Source: Candidatus Omnitrophota bacterium (GTDB taxonomy: Bacteria; Omnitrophota; Gorgyraeia; Gygaellales; Profunditerraquicolaceae). From it: a stretch of DNA of 34,214 nucleotides. The notes under the pieces are model-generated. The model had not been told where the DNA came from, searched no databases, and was given only the letters and a program-made list of their open reading frames with translations. The DNA lies in contig JBAZOE010000001.1 in assembly GCA_041648875.1 (NCBI GenBank), forward strand, positions 1-34,214. Reading direction: 5' to 3'. The translations under genes were made by a program, and so were the position numbers. Of this stretch, positions 32,213 to 34,214 are shown piece after piece (the stretch's first letter is position 1; the number at the start of each line of letters is the position of its first letter).

Positions 32213-33222
32213 TTTAACTGGACAACTTCTTGGATTTTCTCAAACATTTCAAGTTTGCTATAAAACCTGTTATTCTTCTCAACCTGGTGCACTAAATCAA
32301 CCAAAGCGCTATTTAACGGCGCGCAAACATTGTTCTTTTCGGCAAGGCGCATGAATTCACCGTTAATATAATCAATCTCGGAGCTGCGGCCGCGCATAAT
32401 GCTTTGCAGGACAGAGCCGTAAAGCGGCTCCTTGCTTAGGTTTTTCATGGTTTGCGAGAAAATAGCAGCTGCTTGAGCGGCTGGCAAAGAAACTAATTTG
32501 GTAATGTTTTCCAAGGGAAAACCCGGCAAAGAAACTAATTTTATACCTGCCTTATCAATAACCTCAAGAGCTTCTTTCCAGATAGCAATGCTTATCCGGC
32601 TTATATCCAGATCGCTAAAAACCTCCTGCATGCTTTTGCCCAATATCGCCGGCAGACAGTTATTGGCATTAGCGAATATTTTTAAAAACTTCATACCGGT
32701 AATATTCTCGGCAACTACAACAGGGAATGCCTTGCCTAAAACATGGCTTAGGCTTAATAATTTCTCCGGCCCTTGCTTATCAAAAGGCCAGCCTATTATC
32801 CAGGACCCCTCAAAATTATGCACTAACTTGGCCGGCTCTAAATAAGTAGAGCCGAACATAACAATACTAGATACTATGTTTTCCCTGGGCAGGTATTTAG
32901 CAACAATATGATCCGCCTGCACGCCATTTTGGATAGTTAAGATTACCGCGTTGCGAACCAAACTGATATTATCTTTTATGGCATATTCGATATCCTGGGT
33001 TTTAGTGGCCAGGATAACTAATTCCGGGAAATAATTAAGCTGCTCGGAAATCTTAATTTCAACCTTAAAGCTACCCCGGGCCCCCGTTATTTGCAGCCCT
33101 TTTTCCCGGATCGCCTTTACCGAATCCGTCCGGCCGACCAAAGATACATCCTGACCCTCTAATTTAAGATAGGCTGCCACAAGGCAGCCAATCGCCCCTG
33201 ATCCAATAACCCCTATACGCAT
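32209..33222 (-). CDS. 2-dehydropantoate 2-reductase family (ApbA/PanE-like) NAD(P)-dependent oxidoreductase
   Basis: 337 aa. N-terminal MRIGVIGSGAIGCLVAAYL Rossmann motif. C-terminal domain with SVLQSIMRGRSSEIDYINGEF, typical of the KPR family. Confidence 0.75.
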   Translation of the reverse strand: MRIGVIGSGAIGCLVAAYLKLEGQDVSLVGRTDSVKAIREKGLQITGARGSFKVEIKISEQLNYFPELVILATKTQDIEYAIKDNISLVRNAVILTIQNGVQADHIVAKYLPRENIVSSIVMFGSTYLEPAKLVHNFEGSWIIGWPFDKQGPEKLLSLSHVLGKAFPVVVAENITGMKFLKIFANANNCLPAILGKSMQEVFSDLDISRISIAIWKEALEVIDKAGIKLVSLPGFPLENITKLVSLPAAQAAAIFSQTMKNLSKEPLYGSVLQSIMRGRSSEIDYINGEFMRLAEKNNVCAPLNSALVDLVHQVEKNNRFYSKLEMFEKIQEVVQLK

Positions 33223-33224
33223 AG

Positions 33225-33491
33225 TTAACTCTGATTTTTCGGAAAACCGTATTTCTTGTAATCAAAGCCGCTTTGCTCCAAAAGACGGACCATCATGCCG
33301 TAAAAAGGCGAAGGTACGTCGGAAAAAAAAGCGGCAATTACATCCTGCTCTTCAACCTGGGTGGATTTACGTAAAAGCGCGTTATTTTGCGCCTGTTGCA
33401 CAACCACTGATTCGGTAATCCGGCGGTGAAATACAGGAATCCTGGATATCAACGCCTTAAACTTCTCTTCGGTTTTAGTTTCCCAGATCAT
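33225..33491 (-). CDS. small PCP_red-like (protochlorophyllide reductase subunit B C-terminal-like, PF08369) domain protein
   Basis: 88 aa. W-x2-x-EEKFKALISRIPVFHRRITESVV...QVEEQDV resembles the W..eAe..l..iP.FvR pattern of PF08369. First gene after the promoter. Confidence 0.45.
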   Translation of the reverse strand: MIWETKTEEKFKALISRIPVFHRRITESVVVQQAQNNALLRKSTQVEEQDVIAAFFSDVPSPFYGMMVRLLEQSGFDYKKYGFPKNQS

Positions 33492-33539
33492 TAGCTAACC
33501 TCATTAATAATAGAAAGCTGAATTTAAAACATAAACCCT

Positions 33540-33563
33540 AATATAGTAAAATTTTACTATATT
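33540..33563. promoter_or_regulatory. 24-bp perfect palindrome, candidate operator (PadR?)
   Basis: AATATAGTAAAATTTTACTATATT equals its own reverse complement. It starts 10 nt downstream of the -10 hexamer of the cluster promoter. Confidence 0.6.
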
Positions 33564-33573
33564 TTGTTTTATT

Positions 33574-33602
33574 ATTTTATTATTTAAGAATGCCCTTGTC
33601 AA
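33574..33602 (-). promoter_or_regulatory. near-consensus sigma70 promoter of the PKS-like operon
   Basis: Minus strand TTGACA (33602-33597), exact 17-nt spacer, TAAAAT (33579-33574). Located in the 188-nt gap between padR and the first cluster gene. Confidence 0.65.
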
Positions 33603-33679
33603 GTAAGAAATCAAGCACCTTATAGCTTTTATCCAGCGCAGTCCTTGATCGAGCGATAGCGAGATCGAGGATAAAGGAT

Positions 33680-34195
33680 TTAAATTTCCTTAAGCAACGT
33701 ACTAAGAAACTCCGACTCTGCCTGAAGCAGGCAAAGATTGTGCTCAAGTATTCGCAATAAAGAGATTGAATTCTTAAGCTTCTTGGCTTTAAGCGTCTCT
33801 TCTATGCTAGAGGATATCTTCTTTAATATTGTAAGCCTGGCAGCCAGTCTGCGCCGGCTTAAGGCGGGCTTTAAATAATCAAGGAAATAGAGGCTTAAGT
33901 CTAAGCTGAATTGCGGACGCTTAAAATTAAGCAGGCTTTTATTCAACAGCTCGTCAAAACGGGCCTTACCTTTTTTAGTAAGGCTGTAGACAAACCGCTC
34001 CGGCCTCTTTCCTTCTTTGCCGACATACTTGTCAAGCAAGCCTTTTTTTTCTAAAACTTTTAAGGGATAATATATTGATTTTAAATCAACGCCGGCAAAA
34101 AGTGAGAGGATCTGCCGTATCCTGATTTTAATTTCATAACCGTGTTTGGGGCTTTGGCGCAATAAACCTAATAACAAAAACTCCTGTTCAATCAT
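33680..34195 (-). CDS. PadR-family transcriptional regulator
   Basis: 171 aa. N-terminal winged-helix pattern LLGLLRQSPKHGYEIK...YYPLKVLEKKGLL...VYSLTKKGKARF, with a C-terminal helical extension. Confidence 0.85.
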   Translation of the reverse strand: MIEQEFLLLGLLRQSPKHGYEIKIRIRQILSLFAGVDLKSIYYPLKVLEKKGLLDKYVGKEGKRPERFVYSLTKKGKARFDELLNKSLLNFKRPQFSLDLSLYFLDYLKPALSRRRLAARLTILKKISSSIEETLKAKKLKNSISLLRILEHNLCLLQAESEFLSTLLKEI

Positions 34196-34214
34196 CCGGT
34201 AATACCTATGTCTC

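Noticed and set aside
537-33000. Numerous plus-strand ORFs in the supplied track (e.g. 537-851, 2295-2564, 4991-5362, 7741-8097, 8233-8565, 10818-11300, 11685-12167, 14335-14727, 17466-17837, 28051-28401, 30022-30405, 31458-31793, 32498-32845)
   Set aside because: Each lies entirely antisense to a longer minus-strand CDS with clear family motifs. Their translations are low-complexity (S/L/P/K-rich), lack recognisable domains and lack RBS-like sequences. They are shadow ORFs.
1-34214. CRISPR arrays, insertion sequences, integrases, toxin-antitoxin pairs or phage genes (the tRNA pair at 109-357 is a potential island integration site)
   Set aside because: No direct-repeat/spacer array, no transposase- or integrase-like ORF, and no partial tRNA duplicate (att-like repeat) was seen elsewhere in the window.

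Overview
Moderately AT-rich bacterial chromosomal window, probably from an uncultivated lineage; I cannot place the taxon from sequence alone. All 35 supported complete CDSs lie on the minus strand, mostly separated by 0-20 nt or overlapping (ATGA/TAATG junctions). A divergent tRNA pair sits at the left end: tRNA-Ala(GGC) on minus and tRNA-Leu(CAA) on plus. In transcription order, right to left: (1) 34195-24069, a PadR regulator, a near-consensus sigma70 promoter with a 24-bp perfect palindrome just downstream, then a tightly coupled type II PKS/FAS-like cluster. That cluster encodes a PCP_red-like small protein, a ketopantoate-reductase-like oxidoreductase, a tandem TIGR04076-like protein, KS-alpha, a KS-beta lacking all three catalytic residues, a B12-binding radical SAM enzyme, ACP, a PF04199-type cyclase, an SRPBCC cyclase/dehydrase, MFS and SDR. 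This is my best candidate for an undescribed system. (2) 24013-21306, a secreted CBM-like protein, a hypothetical, an amidohydrolase_2, a small membrane protein, and crcB plus DUF190. (3) 20957-15267, nucleoside phosphorylase, MtnA-type isomerase, a class II aldolase fused to SCP2, aldehyde dehydrogenase and acyl-CoA ligase; this looks like an extended MTA/5'-deoxyadenosine 'DHAP shunt'. (4) rlmN, an SGNH lipoprotein hydrolase and feoAB. (5) 11459-368, a MoxR-DUF58 operon. Its usual transglutaminase partner is replaced by a polytopic coiled-coil/Ig protein and an Ig/DUF4129 protein. These are followed by a signal-anchored AmmeMemoRadiSam-type radical SAM enzyme, a DsbD_2/CcdA-like protein and a membrane-fused spermidine-synthase-like protein. 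I saw no rRNA, CRISPR array, transposase/integrase or obvious prophage content. All family assignments come from motif recognition by eye and need HMM confirmation.
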